From: an uncultured bacterium
GTDB taxonomy: Bacteria; JAJVIF01; JAPKYR01
Direction of reading: 5' to 3'
Length of the DNA stretch: 64,000 nt
Assembly (NCBI GenBank): GCA_965369865.1
Contig: CBDURU010000002.1
Coordinates: 32,001-96,000, forward strand
In this document: piece by piece, positions 38,575 to 48,973 of the stretch
How positions within the stretch are numbered: position 1 is the stretch's first letter
How the letters are laid out: each line of letters begins with the position of its first letter
The notes under the pieces: model-generated
Told to the model about the DNA's origin: nothing
What the model saw: only the letters and a program-made list of their open reading frames with translations
Databases searched by the model: none
Made by a program: the position numbers and the translations under genes

Positions 38575-39399
38575 ATGAATAACACATTTAAATCCTTCGC
38601 AGCAGGAGTATTTTTCACCCTGATTATAATGCTTACGGTTCTTACCGGAGCATCCTGCACGGAAAACCAGCCTGCCGGTGAAACAGGAGATTGTAAAGAC
38701 ATGGTGCTGGCAAGGGTGGGAGAGGGTAATATAACCCTGGGTGACCTATTAGAGAACCCGTCTTTTTACGGCCTTGTAAGCGAGCAACTGATTACACGTG
38801 AGCTGTTGGAACAAGAGGCGCTGAAGCGTGGAATTACAGTAGACATGGATGAAGTCCAGCAGCAGGTGGACGATATGATTGAGCAGAGTGGAGGCTGGGA
38901 GAACCTCACAAGCACGATCCCGCAATCTATCCCAATCAGCCTCATACCTGCTGATTTACGTAGGAGTGCTCTACAGCAGTCATACCACATGGCCATCATG
39001 GAAGATCGTTACGATAATGAGCATGGACCTTCGACCGACGACGAACTGGAAACACAGTGGCTGGCTGCACCAGGGATGTACGAGGGCAGGGTGGCCGGTG
39101 AACTGGGAATTACACCCGAAGAGGTAACGTTTGAGATGGCCCGTGAGGAAATAGAAGAAGATATCAGGATGCAGTGGCAGAGTGAACGTTTTCAGACCCT
39201 GGTTGAATTCCTGAAAGAAAGCATCGAAGTTGAATTTTACCTTCTCGATGCTCTCAACGAACCTGCTGACCTCCAGATTCCGGAAATAGATGGTGATGAT
39301 TCACTTGAGTATGTACCCCTGGAAAGCCATGATGATGAGCATTCCGATGACCACGCTGAAGAAGTTCCAGGCGAACCGGAAGAAGACGAAGGTAATTAA
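38575..39399 (+). CDS. SurA/PrsA N-terminal-like lipoprotein chaperone
   Basis: GASC lipobox; VLARVG..IT, LI..LLEQEA.KRGITV; located after mfd; no PPIase motif seen. Confidence 0.7.
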   Translation: MNNTFKSFAAGVFFTLIIMLTVLTGASCTENQPAGETGDCKDMVLARVGEGNITLGDLLENPSFYGLVSEQLITRELLEQEALKRGITVDMDEVQQQVDDMIEQSGGWENLTSTIPQSIPISLIPADLRRSALQQSYHMAIMEDRYDNEHGPSTDDELETQWLAAPGMYEGRVAGELGITPEEVTFEMAREEIEEDIRMQWQSERFQTLVEFLKESIEVEFYLLDALNEPADLQIPEIDGDDSLEYVPLESHDDEHSDDHAEEVPGEPEEDEGN

Positions 39400-39544
39400 T
39401 AACCGGGGGATTGGAATGTCAGTCATTATTTTTTTGGCTGACAGGCATTTTGTTGATTGATAAATTACCGGAACCCCACCGGTAGGGTGGATTGGATATT
39501 TATTACCTAATAATATTATTTGGAACGAAAGGGAGGATTACTTA

Positions 39545-42256
39545 GTGGTAGCTAAATGGATTTACCTGCCCCACGAGGGAGACGCGGGTATGCGCGATCT
39601 CCTGGGTGGGAAAGGCGCGAACCTCTGCGAAATGTATAATATGGGACTCCCGATCCCACCTTTTTTCATCGCCACAACCGAAGGCTGCATTTACTACATG
39701 CGGCATAAGAAGATGCCCCCGGGTATCGAAAAACAGGTGGAACAGGGCCTTAGTTTCATTAAAAAACAACTTGGGAAAACTTACGGCGATCCCGCGAGTC
39801 CATTATTGTTGTCTGTGCGTTCCGGGGGGAAGTTCAGCATGCCCGGCATGATGGATACGGTCCTCAACCTCGGGCTCAATAAAAAGATTCTAAGCGGGTT
39901 GATAAAGAAAACCGGCAACGAAAGATACGCCCGTGACTGCTACCGCCGCCTGCTCCAGATGTACGGCGAGGTTGTCCTTGGTGTAGATAAAGAGCTTTTC
40001 GAACACGGAATAACTTCCAAAAGGAAAAAATACAAGGTGGCTTCGGACGCTGAACTGCCAGCGAAGGCGCTCCAGGAACTTGGTGACGAATACGAAGCCC
40101 ATATCAGTAACTCCGGACAAAGAATTCCGACCAATCCATTCAAACAGCTCATGATCGGAATCGAATCGGTTTTCAAGAGCTGGAACACAGAGCGAGCGTT
40201 CGCCTACCGGAACGCGCAGCGAATCCCACACGATCTTGGTACGGCGGTTAATGTCCAGACGATGGTTTTCGGAAATATCGACTCCGATTGTGGATCGGGG
40301 GTTATGTTTACCCGCGATCCATCCACAGGTGAGAAGAAATTATTTGCCGAGCTTTTATTCAACGCCCAGGGTGAGGAAGTTGTCGCGGGAACCCGTACTC
40401 CGCTTCATATCGATGAATTAAACCGTCGAAAACCCAAAATGTATAAAGAGCTTACCAATTATACCCGCAAGCTCGAAAAACGGTACAAGGACATGCAGGA
40501 TATGGAGTTTACGTTCGAGGGCGACAAGCTCTGGATCCTGCAAACCCGCAATGGCAAACGTACCGGTCCGGCGGCTGTCAGAATTGCGAGTGACATGGTT
40601 AAGGAGAGGCTGATCACAAAGGATGAAGCGGTGATGCAGGTCGATCCTGCATTGCTCGTTCAATGCCTCCTGCCTCGAATTAAAATTGGCCAGAATTACG
40701 ACGATAAAATTGTCGGGAAGGGACTGAACGCCAGCCCCGGTGCCGCCCATGGGAGGATTGTTTTCTCGACTGGAAGGATTCTCAAATCGATTGCGGAAGC
40801 GTCCAGGAGAAAACAGCCGGTACCCAGGATGATCCTTGTCAGGAATGAGACAAACCCGGATGATTTCCCGGGGATGTATGGTTCCGAGGGAATCCTTACC
40901 AGCCAGGGAGGCATGACATCGCACGCGGCGGTTGTCGCGCGACAGATGGGTAAACCCTGTGTCGCGGGATGCAAGGAAGCGATAGTCGATTCGAAAAAGA
41001 AAACCCTGAAACTCAGAGGGAAAACATTCAGGGAAGGTGATGTCATAACAATCGACGGGTCCAAAGGACTTGTGATCGACGCGGAACTTGAATTGGTCCG
41101 GACACCTGAACCGGGGAAATATTTCGAAGATGTCATGAAGTGGGCTGACGGCCTTCGAAGGCTCGGGGTCAGGGCTAACGCCGATAATTACGAGGAAGCG
41201 GCGCTTGCCAGGAAACTTGGCGCCGAAGGAATCGGGCTCTGCCGCACCGAGCACCAGTTCGGCGGTAAACGCAAGATGCTTGTCGCGGAACTGATCCTGA
41301 TTCTATCGGATGAAAATCCATCCAAAGCCAGGCTGAAGAAACTCGATCAGCTTGTTGCGAAGTTACTGGTAGCCCAGCGGGAGGATTTCCTTGGCGTGTT
41401 CGAGGCGATGGACGGTCTCCCGACCACTATCCGCCTTATCGACCCTCCGTTCCATGAGTTCCTGCCGTCGGACGAGGATATCGAACGGATGATCGAGGCC
41501 GCGAAATCGAAGACGGAAATAAAGCGGATCAGGGAAATGGGCGAGCTTCGGAAATCGATCGATGAATCGAACCCGATGCTCGGTACACGTGGATGCCGCC
41601 TTGGAATTATGTTCCCGATAATTCCCGAAACGCAGTCACGCGCGGTTTTTGAGGCTGCATGTATTCGAAAGAAAAAAGGATTCGATCCACAGCCAGAGAT
41701 CATGGTTCCCCTGACGATGGAAGTTAATGAACTCAGGGAACTTGAGCCCATTGTACGTGGTACGGCGGAGAAGGTCATGAAGGAGCAGGGTGTCAAGGTT
41801 GATTATTTATATGGAACGATGATCGAGATTCCCCGTGCCGCGCTTACAAGTGATGAGATAGCCGAAGTCGCGGAATTCTTCAGCTTCGGCACGAACGACC
41901 TTACACAAACAGCAATGGGGATATCCCGCGACGATACCGCCCAGCTACTGCAGATGTATGTCGACAAGGGGCTTCTGCCGGTCGACCCATTCCAGGTACT
42001 CGACCAGCGTGGAATCGGAAGGCTGATGAAAATTTGTATCGAGGACGGCAGAGTAACCCGGCCGAAGATCAAGCTGGGAATTTGCGGCGAGCATGGCGGG
42101 GAACCTGAGAGCATTGAGTTCTGTCACAAAATTGGCCTTCATTACGTGAGTTGCTCGACATATCGTGTCCCGACTGCCCGTCTCGCTGCGGCACAGGTGG
42201 TATTGAAAGAGAAAGCTGAAAAAAAGAAGGCCAGGGGTTTTAGGCGAAAGAAGTAA
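39545..42256 (+). CDS. ppdK: Pyruvate, phosphate dikinase
   Basis: LLGGKGANL, SVRSG..SMPGMMDT, GGMTSHAAVVAR, GLCRTEH, FGTNDLTQ, GICGEHGG. Confidence 0.96.
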   Translation: MVAKWIYLPHEGDAGMRDLLGGKGANLCEMYNMGLPIPPFFIATTEGCIYYMRHKKMPPGIEKQVEQGLSFIKKQLGKTYGDPASPLLLSVRSGGKFSMPGMMDTVLNLGLNKKILSGLIKKTGNERYARDCYRRLLQMYGEVVLGVDKELFEHGITSKRKKYKVASDAELPAKALQELGDEYEAHISNSGQRIPTNPFKQLMIGIESVFKSWNTERAFAYRNAQRIPHDLGTAVNVQTMVFGNIDSDCGSGVMFTRDPSTGEKKLFAELLFNAQGEEVVAGTRTPLHIDELNRRKPKMYKELTNYTRKLEKRYKDMQDMEFTFEGDKLWILQTRNGKRTGPAAVRIASDMVKERLITKDEAVMQVDPALLVQCLLPRIKIGQNYDDKIVGKGLNASPGAAHGRIVFSTGRILKSIAEASRRKQPVPRMILVRNETNPDDFPGMYGSEGILTSQGGMTSHAAVVARQMGKPCVAGCKEAIVDSKKKTLKLRGKTFREGDVITIDGSKGLVIDAELELVRTPEPGKYFEDVMKWADGLRRLGVRANADNYEEAALARKLGAEGIGLCRTEHQFGGKRKMLVAELILILSDENPSKARLKKLDQLVAKLLVAQREDFLGVFEAMDGLPTTIRLIDPPFHEFLPSDEDIERMIEAAKSKTEIKRIREMGELRKSIDESNPMLGTRGCRLGIMFPIIPETQSRAVFEAACIRKKKGFDPQPEIMVPLTMEVNELRELEPIVRGTAEKVMKEQGVKVDYLYGTMIEIPRAALTSDEIAEVAEFFSFGTNDLTQTAMGISRDDTAQLLQMYVDKGLLPVDPFQVLDQRGIGRLMKICIEDGRVTRPKIKLGICGEHGGEPESIEFCHKIGLHYVSCSTYRVPTARLAAAQVVLKEKAEKKKARGFRRKK

Positions 42257-42327
42257 CCCAACGTCACGTTTGTCCAAAACAAGTCATTAATTAAACTGCG
42301 CATGATGAATGCGTGTTTTTTTATATA

Positions 42328-42350
42328 GTAGAGGCGCTGCTTGACGCGCC
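42328..42350 (+). repeat. Single degenerate GTAG REP
   Basis: GTAGAGGCGCTGCTTGACGCGCC; compare 43516 and 55314. Confidence 0.6.
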
Positions 42351-42461
42351 TTGAGAGGATGCTATTAAAAATATGTCTCAGATAAATCACTTGGTATCAT
42401 TCATTACAAGATATATAATGGAATGAGAACAGGATTAGTAACTGGACAGGGAGGGATAGTG

Positions 42462-43433
42462 ATGAAAAAAGCCGGAATCCTCATTTTACTTTTATTTTTA
42501 CTATTAACTGCCCCACCTTATCAATCTCACTCGAAGAAATTTAACAATCATAAAGATACTGACAGCACAGGATCGATTTCAGTTGTTGTTGAATGTCTCA
42601 CGCCGGGAACCGTAATCGGTGAAATCAATATTTTCACTTCAAATTATGATTTCAGGGAAACTGTGGAATATCCAGAAGAATGCACTGAAGTAATATTTAA
42701 TAACATTCCAGAGGGATCAATATTCGTCGTCTACAGCGATCATGGCTATATAGCTATTGGTGAACCGGTTCAAGTAGATATTTTACCAGGGGAAATAACT
42801 CATGTTACTCTGGAGATACCATTTGTCGTCTTTGGGATGCCCTGCAGTGTTAAGCTTGAGATGGGTCTTGAAGGATACCTTGAGTTAATCTACAGCCATT
42901 GCCGTTCAATGGCGTTGGCTCAGGAAGACGAACTTCACATGCAATATGGAATTTGTATTGAGCAGAGAAATGACGAAATTCTTAACTCATTATCCCTGGA
43001 GAATAATAATTTAATACTGGCTATTCGCGGTGCTCTGGCAAGATTCCACAGCGCATCCTGCTGGGCAGTCGCTCCAGGGGTAAATACTATTAAACATTTT
43101 ACAGCCCCGGCATATCCCAGGCGAGAGGAATTCATTGCCGAACTTATTGAATTAATTTCAACACCCCTGGAAGTAGAATCGGAGGATCTCCAAAGATCCT
43201 TGGAGACTTTAAACGCTATTGAATTACTGCCAGACGGATATGAGGAATCGTTTGACCAAATGAACGATGGATATTGCTGTTATGATGAAATCGTTCAGGA
43301 ATTACGCGATGCGATTTTGGATGTTTTCGATGCAATTGATGATCTTCCAGATTTTGCACAAATTGAGGTTACTGATTTCATCAAGGAAAGGTATTCTGGC
43401 TGGGGTTTGCACATATCCTTAGATCACTCATAG
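42462..43433 (+). CDS. Secreted hypothetical protein
   Basis: GGAGG RBS; MKKAGILILL signal; N-terminal beta-rich part, C-terminal helical part; several Cys; AT-rich. Confidence 0.7.
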   Translation: MKKAGILILLLFLLLTAPPYQSHSKKFNNHKDTDSTGSISVVVECLTPGTVIGEINIFTSNYDFRETVEYPEECTEVIFNNIPEGSIFVVYSDHGYIAIGEPVQVDILPGEITHVTLEIPFVVFGMPCSVKLEMGLEGYLELIYSHCRSMALAQEDELHMQYGICIEQRNDEILNSLSLENNNLILAIRGALARFHSASCWAVAPGVNTIKHFTAPAYPRREEFIAELIELISTPLEVESEDLQRSLETLNAIELLPDGYEESFDQMNDGYCCYDEIVQELRDAILDVFDAIDDLPDFAQIEVTDFIKERYSGWGLHISLDHS

Positions 43434-43515
43434 ACCACTTCTGTCGGGCCGTTGAAAAAGTTGAAATCCTGAATCTCATTTTCCGGGTTCAATTGTATAC
43501 TCCCCCCTTTCCATT

Positions 43516-43568
43516 GTAGGGGCGCTGCTTGCTGCGCCCGGAGAGGGCATGGCAAGCCCTGTTCCTAC
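43516..43568. repeat. GTAG REP doublet
   Basis: GTAGGGGCGCTGCTTGCTGCGCCC ... GGGCATGGCAAGCCCTGTTCCTAC. Confidence 0.75.
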
Positions 43569-43686
43569 TAAAAAGAACACTTATATACAGGGAATAGTCT
43601 AAGAAAAAAAATTTACATTCCGAATGACAGTGCCCGATCATCTCCAATATGATAAAATTCCCTTCTGATCCGGAAAGGAGTGAAAC

Positions 43687-44301
43687 ATGGCTGGCAGCGA
43701 GAAAAAACTTGGGGTGCTGGCAAGCGGTGGCGGCACTAATCTTCAGGCTATAATCGACGGATGTAAAAGTGGGAGCATCGAAGCGGAAGTAGCATTGGTT
43801 TTATCCGATGTTGGCGATGCTTACGCGCTCGAACGTGCCAGGAATGCCGGTATCGATGCAGTTCACATCCCATGGAAGAAAGGTAAAAAAGCTGAATGGG
43901 AAGCTGAAGCAGTGCGGCTCCTCAATGACGCGGGTGTGGAGCTTGTCTGTCTTGCCGGATATATGCGGATTGTTGGAAACACCTTGATGGATGCATTCCC
44001 CAACAGGATCTTAAATATCCATCCGGCAATCCTTCCGAGTTTCCTGGGGCTACATGGCCAGCAACAGGCATTCGACTGGGGTGTGAAAGTAGCCGGTTGC
44101 ACGGTTCATTTCGTGACAAGTGATCTTGACATGGGTCCGATAATTGTCCAGAAAGCCGTAAAAGTCGAAGAGGACGACACAGCCGATACTCTTTCCGCTC
44201 GAATTCTCAAACAGGAGCACAAGGCATATCCCGAAGCGATTAACCTTGTTCTCTCAGGTCGGACTGAAATAAAGGGACGTAAAGTCAGGATTAAAAGTTG
44301 A
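43687..44301 (+). CDS. purN: Phosphoribosylglycinamide formyltransferase
   Basis: SGGGTNLQAI, LAGYMRI, NIHPAILPSF, GCTVHFV...D.GPII.Q, EH. Confidence 0.96.
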   Translation: MAGSEKKLGVLASGGGTNLQAIIDGCKSGSIEAEVALVLSDVGDAYALERARNAGIDAVHIPWKKGKKAEWEAEAVRLLNDAGVELVCLAGYMRIVGNTLMDAFPNRILNIHPAILPSFLGLHGQQQAFDWGVKVAGCTVHFVTSDLDMGPIIVQKAVKVEEDDTADTLSARILKQEHKAYPEAINLVLSGRTEIKGRKVRIKS

Positions 44302-44316
44302 ATGATGGCTATATAA

Positions 44317-44694
44317 ATGACGAAGCCGATTGAAAAAGAAAAAATCGATTCACTGCTTGTTGTCAGGCTTAAAAGCGACCTTTCCAGCTATAGCCTTGAC
44401 TTACTGAAAAGTGAGGTTGTTTCGGAGATAAAAAAATCCGGTTACTGCCGGTTGCTTGTTAATCTCAGCGACGTTGATTACATTACATCGGGAGACATCG
44501 GTGTGTTTGTCCAGCTTTTTCATTACCTGGATGCGGCCTGCGGAGAGTCAGGCTCCACCGAACCGGTGGTTTTCGGTCTGTCAAATCTGGATTCCTTTGT
44601 GCTTGATGTAATCCATATGACCCGACTCGATACTGTTTTCAAAATTTACAAAACAGAAGAGGAAGCGATTAAGGACCTCACAAGTGAAAAGTAA
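44317..44694 (+). CDS. STAS domain protein
   Basis: LLVNLSDVDYITS, MTRLDTVFKIY..EEEA. Confidence 0.8.
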   Translation: MTKPIEKEKIDSLLVVRLKSDLSSYSLDLLKSEVVSEIKKSGYCRLLVNLSDVDYITSGDIGVFVQLFHYLDAACGESGSTEPVVFGLSNLDSFVLDVIHMTRLDTVFKIYKTEEEAIKDLTSEK

Positions 44695-46840
44695 TCCACA
44701 ACAATTCAAGCCATATATTCTCTACATTACCTTCCTGATCCTGGTTTTTACACTTACAGCCTGCCCTGCCCCCGAAAACGGTGATATCGAATCTGATCCG
44801 GATATCTATCTCGAAATTCCTCCACCCGGTACCGAATTCATATACGTTGAAAGTCTAGTCGCATGGGAATTTCAATCACATCCCAGGGTTATGGCAGGTT
44901 CCGGAAGAAACCAGCAATCCGAACACTTTATTAATACCATGTTGGGTCAAAACCTTCTGGATCTCGCTGATTCATCAAAAATCCGGATGGATTCCGATCC
45001 TGATTATCACGAGGCTGTAGCACCAGTCGCCCTGGCATGGGGATATATAATTACAGGGGATGAAGAGTACTTAGAATCGGTTCGTAATTCTCTCGAATGG
45101 CTGTTGGATTTTCCCAGGCTTGTTAAATATCCCGAAGGTGACAATATCGCGTTCCTGCAGCAAGCGATGGCTTTGGGTGGTGTGTACGATCTGCTTTATG
45201 ATGAATTTAATGAGGATGAACGTACGGAAATTGAAACGGTTCTGAGGGAAACGGTTTTTCATACTCTTGCGTACAAGGTAACCGAGTACGACAAGGAGAT
45301 CAATTTCTGGGCGAACGATCCTGACACAAACTACTTCCTTATTTTCCATTCCACGGCGGGGTTGGTCTCGATAATTCTTACCGACATCGAACCGGACGCA
45401 GCAGAACTTGCCGGGCATTGCTGGGAAAGGGTCCGGGAATCGATGGATGCTTTTGCTGATGAAAATGGCTGGCGGGAAGGGCTGACCTATCTTGATTTCT
45501 GCTGGGGGCAGTCCGCTCTTTATTTCCTCCTTGCTGTTGAGGGAAATTCAGACCTTAAACCATTCGATGAATCCTGGTTCGATGCGAGTGTACGCTGGGC
45601 ATGGTGGGGAGCTTTACCCGACAGGGAAACAATCGCTTGTTTCGGCGATAATGAACCTGAGAATTACTCTGTTGGCAGCTATCTGTTCCGGGCCGGGATC
45701 CTGTCTGTAAATGAAGATTACCTGTGGGAAGCTGATGCCACGAGCCAGGTCCGGGAAATGGCACTCGACCTCCCCTTGTTCGCGGCAATGTGCCTTGGAC
45801 GACCTGCCTCCGTTCTCACGGATGATGGAGATTCTATCACCGACCAGGAAATCTATGCCGAGTTTTACCCGGACCTGGAATGGTACATCAGCAACTTGAG
45901 CGATGATCCCGGTTGGAATAAAGGAATAACAACAGAATATTTTCCGGGCATTGAATGGGGATTTATAAGGGCGGGAAGTGCGGATCCCGGTTTGAATATC
46001 GAAGATGATTTTTACCTGGCTTTCAAATCAGGGGTGTCGGGTTACGATCACAATCATCTCGACCAGGGTTCGATGATACTTGCGGCGTATTCTGAGATCC
46101 TGCTTTCAGATCCCGGACGTGGTGGTCCGGACATCATACGTCAGGACCCTTACATTAACTGTCTTTTTGAATCCGGACTCGGGCACAATACGCTTATCTT
46201 CGATGACGGCTGCTACATGGACCTCGACCTCTTCCCCGATAACCCGGACTATTTCTCAGACAAGGGATCGATTACTTCTTACTTTGAGAATAATGCCATC
46301 ATCCAATACACAACAGAGAACTCCGGACTGTATCCCACCGAACCCCTGGATACATATAGAAGGACTTTTCTCTACATTAAACCCGGGGTGATCGACGATT
46401 ATGATCTCGGGGCGTTGGTAATTGCGGACAGGGTCCTTTTAACAACGGAAAAAAACCATTCATTTCTGTTTCACACTCCCGGTGAGGTCGAGTTGATTGA
46501 AACAGGAGTCGCGAAGCTGATAAATAACGGCGCAAGGCTGGATTATTTTGGTTTCTGCACTATCCCGACCATCGATAACGCCGAGAGACAGGAGACATCG
46601 ATGGAATCGCGCGACTCAACGTGTTATTTCCGGACCATCGACACACTGTCCGCCGGCAGCGACTGGATACACGTGCTTGTACCGAAACGTGTTGACGATC
46701 CCGATTCACCCCGTCCTGAATTTACAATGCATCCGCTGGGAATAACTGTCCGGTGGGACGACCATGTGATAGATTTTATTGTCCGTCGAAATCTGGGATG
46801 GGTAGTGGAAATTGAATGGCCGGTTGTTATTTCAAACTAA
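44684..46840 (+). CDS. Heparinase II/III-like (polysaccharide lyase-fold) lipoprotein
   Basis: LTAC lipobox; YDLLY, GWREG..Y, FGD, HNHLDQGS, DPG, HNT. Confidence 0.8.
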   Translation: MKSNPQQFKPYILYITFLILVFTLTACPAPENGDIESDPDIYLEIPPPGTEFIYVESLVAWEFQSHPRVMAGSGRNQQSEHFINTMLGQNLLDLADSSKIRMDSDPDYHEAVAPVALAWGYIITGDEEYLESVRNSLEWLLDFPRLVKYPEGDNIAFLQQAMALGGVYDLLYDEFNEDERTEIETVLRETVFHTLAYKVTEYDKEINFWANDPDTNYFLIFHSTAGLVSIILTDIEPDAAELAGHCWERVRESMDAFADENGWREGLTYLDFCWGQSALYFLLAVEGNSDLKPFDESWFDASVRWAWWGALPDRETIACFGDNEPENYSVGSYLFRAGILSVNEDYLWEADATSQVREMALDLPLFAAMCLGRPASVLTDDGDSITDQEIYAEFYPDLEWYISNLSDDPGWNKGITTEYFPGIEWGFIRAGSADPGLNIEDDFYLAFKSGVSGYDHNHLDQGSMILAAYSEILLSDPGRGGPDIIRQDPYINCLFESGLGHNTLIFDDGCYMDLDLFPDNPDYFSDKGSITSYFENNAIIQYTTENSGLYPTEPLDTYRRTFLYIKPGVIDDYDLGALVIADRVLLTTEKNHSFLFHTPGEVELIETGVAKLINNGARLDYFGFCTIPTIDNAERQETSMESRDSTCYFRTIDTLSAGSDWIHVLVPKRVDDPDSPRPEFTMHPLGITVRWDDHVIDFIVRRNLGWVVEIEWPVVISN

Positions 46841-46847
46841 ATAATGT

Positions 46848-47086
46848 AACCGGGGACACCTTCAACTCGTGGCCGAGTGGAAAGGCGTCCCCGATTATCA
46901 CGGAGCGCGGAGCCCCAGCTCTGCTTCCATTAATAATTAATACAATCACTCTCCATGCCCGGGTGCCATTCACAAGCGACCCCCAACGCGGTCCACTCTG
47001 AGTTTGTCGACGAACGATTATCTCCCAACCCATGACAAAAAAACCGGGGACACCTTCAACTCGTGGCCGAGTGGAAAGGCGTCCCC
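46848..47086. repeat. Two identical 45-bp palindromic direct repeats
   Basis: aaccggggacaccttcaactcgtggccgagtggaaaggcgtcccc at 46848 and 47042; same family as the arms of the 129-bp element. Confidence 0.9.
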
Positions 47087-47142
47087 AGTTTTTTTATTAA
47101 TACGTGACCTTCTCAAAATAAACGATAAAAATAAACGATAGA

Positions 47143-47241
47143 CCGTAGAACAGCACGGCAGTGCGTCTTCCACCTTAAAACAATCCGTTCGACGCACTGC
47201 CGTGCTGTTCTACGGGTTTTTTTCAATTCTCATTTTAATCA
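47143..47241. repeat. GTAG-type REP doublet (copy 2)
   Basis: Near-identical to 13521-13632 without the internal duplication; preceded by a 13-bp tandem duplication at 47115-47140. Confidence 0.85.
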
Positions 47242-47246
47242 CACGC

Positions 47247-47612
47247 TTACGTGGATAATACTATTATCACCAGTTTGACGGCTGCTGCGTTCAACATCAG
47301 GGTTCCGATAACCATGGCGTACGGGTACAGCATCATGTCGCCGAGACGGCGCCAGGTCAGTTGCATGTGCCATCCGATCATTGAAAGTGCCAGGAAAATA
47401 ATGTGAAAACCGACCAGGAGTATCCTGAAATCCCACACCTGGATCAAGTTATAGTTCTGGTATTGCCTGAGGATAATAAAAGCCATAGACCATACAACAA
47501 GGACTGCAATTAATATGTTAACAATGATTATCCACGAAAGAATCCGGTAGCCAAACGGCATCAATTGTGCAGTGGAGTTCTGATTGTCAAAATTTTTCTC
47601 CGGTAATGTCAT
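47247..47612 (-). CDS. 3-TM hypothetical protein
   Basis: Hydrophobic segments; follows the leuC-like gene. Confidence 0.6.
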   Translation of the reverse strand: MTLPEKNFDNQNSTAQLMPFGYRILSWIIIVNILIAVLVVWSMAFIILRQYQNYNLIQVWDFRILLVGFHIIFLALSMIGWHMQLTWRRLGDMMLYPYAMVIGTLMLNAAAVKLVIIVLST

Positions 47613-47633
47613 ATCCTGGAAATGGTGGAGTAA

Positions 47634-48899
47634 CTAACCCGCGACTTGGTTGGGATCGGTGATTCTCCCTGTTACGGCAGTTGCCGCGGCTGTCTCGGGT
47701 CCGGCAAGGTAAATCCTGCTGTCCGGATCTCCCATTCGCCCCTTGAAATTCCGGTTCGATGTGCTGAGGCAGATTTCACCCGCCGCAAGCACCCCGGAAT
47801 GCCCACCGATACATGGCCCGCATCCCGGTGTCAGCACCGCACCTCCCGCGTCGATAATTTTCTCGATCAGGCCTTCCTTAAGTGAATTAATAAACACATC
47901 CTGGGTAGCAGGGATTACTATCACCCGTGTATGCGGTGAAAATGAATTATCGCCAAGGACTTCTATAAAATTTCTAATGTCTTCAATGGTCCCATTTGAA
48001 CAACTGCCCAGAAAAACCTGGTTGACTTCTATTTCACTTAGTTCGGAAACCGGGACAACATTGGCGGGACTGTCCGGAACGGCAACGAGGGATTCAAGGT
48101 GGGAGACATCGATTGATGAAACCCCGTAATAAGACGCGTCATCGTCCGGTAAAACCGGATTATATTCCCGGTTCGATCTTTCTGACAGCCAGGATTTAAC
48201 CGTTTCATCAGGATGGATCATTACCGATGTTGCCCCTGTTTCAGCACCCATGTTCGCGATTGTTATCCTGTCTGAAACGGTAAGGTATTCAAATGCCGGG
48301 CCGGTAATTTCAAGGGCATCGTTCATAGCCCCCTCAACTCCAATATTCCCGAGGATATTAAGAACTATATCTTTTCCCCCGATGAAACGGCCGGGTTTTC
48401 CGGTGATCTCAATTTTCCTTGTCTTCGGAACCGCCAGCCACATTTCCCCAAGCGCCATCAACGCCGCGAGATCGGTGGCGCCGATTCCGATTCCCAACGC
48501 GCCGAGAGCGCCGGCTGTGGTTGTATGGCTGTCGGCTCCGGCTAAAAACATCCCCGGACGAATCATACCCTCCATAAGTAAAAGTATATGGCATATTCCG
48601 CCCTGCCCAATCTCGTAGTATTTTTTTATCCCCTGCTCCTTTGCGAATTCACGCATCGCCTGGCCAAGCTCAGCGGACTTGATATCCTTCGCGGGTTGAA
48701 AATGGTCCTGGATGAGAACGAGCTTATCGGGATCCGCAACCTTTTCGATCCCGATTTCCCTGAATATGTTAATTGCATGGGGTGCCGTAAGGTCGTGGCC
48801 CATAATCAGGTCTGGACGGCACTGGATCGTATCGCCCGCAGTACACGTTTCGACGTCTGAATGCTCAGAAAGTATCTTTTCGACAATCGTCCGACCCAT
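47634..48899 (-). CDS. leuC: 3-isopropylmalate dehydratase/homoaconitase large subunit
   Basis: DHF.P, GICH, GADSHT, NMGAE.GA, GSCSNG, GCGPC.G, NRNFKGRMG. Confidence 0.88.
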   Translation of the reverse strand: MGRTIVEKILSEHSDVETCTAGDTIQCRPDLIMGHDLTAPHAINIFREIGIEKVADPDKLVLIQDHFQPAKDIKSAELGQAMREFAKEQGIKKYYEIGQGGICHILLLMEGMIRPGMFLAGADSHTTTAGALGALGIGIGATDLAALMALGEMWLAVPKTRKIEITGKPGRFIGGKDIVLNILGNIGVEGAMNDALEITGPAFEYLTVSDRITIANMGAETGATSVMIHPDETVKSWLSERSNREYNPVLPDDDASYYGVSSIDVSHLESLVAVPDSPANVVPVSELSEIEVNQVFLGSCSNGTIEDIRNFIEVLGDNSFSPHTRVIVIPATQDVFINSLKEGLIEKIIDAGGAVLTPGCGPCIGGHSGVLAAGEICLSTSNRNFKGRMGDPDSRIYLAGPETAAATAVTGRITDPNQVAG

Positions 48900-48973
48900 G
48901 GTTCCACCAGTCAGCGTACATTACCTTAAAACCAATACACGTGGCAACGTCGGAATTCAGAATTAACGATTAA

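Noticed and set aside
43434..43686. ZTP/purine riboswitch upstream of purN
   Set aside because: The structure present is a GTAG REP doublet; no riboswitch consensus recognised.
46848..47086. Possible mini-CRISPR
   Set aside because: Only two repeats, a 149-bp spacer, and the repeat belongs to a dispersed family.
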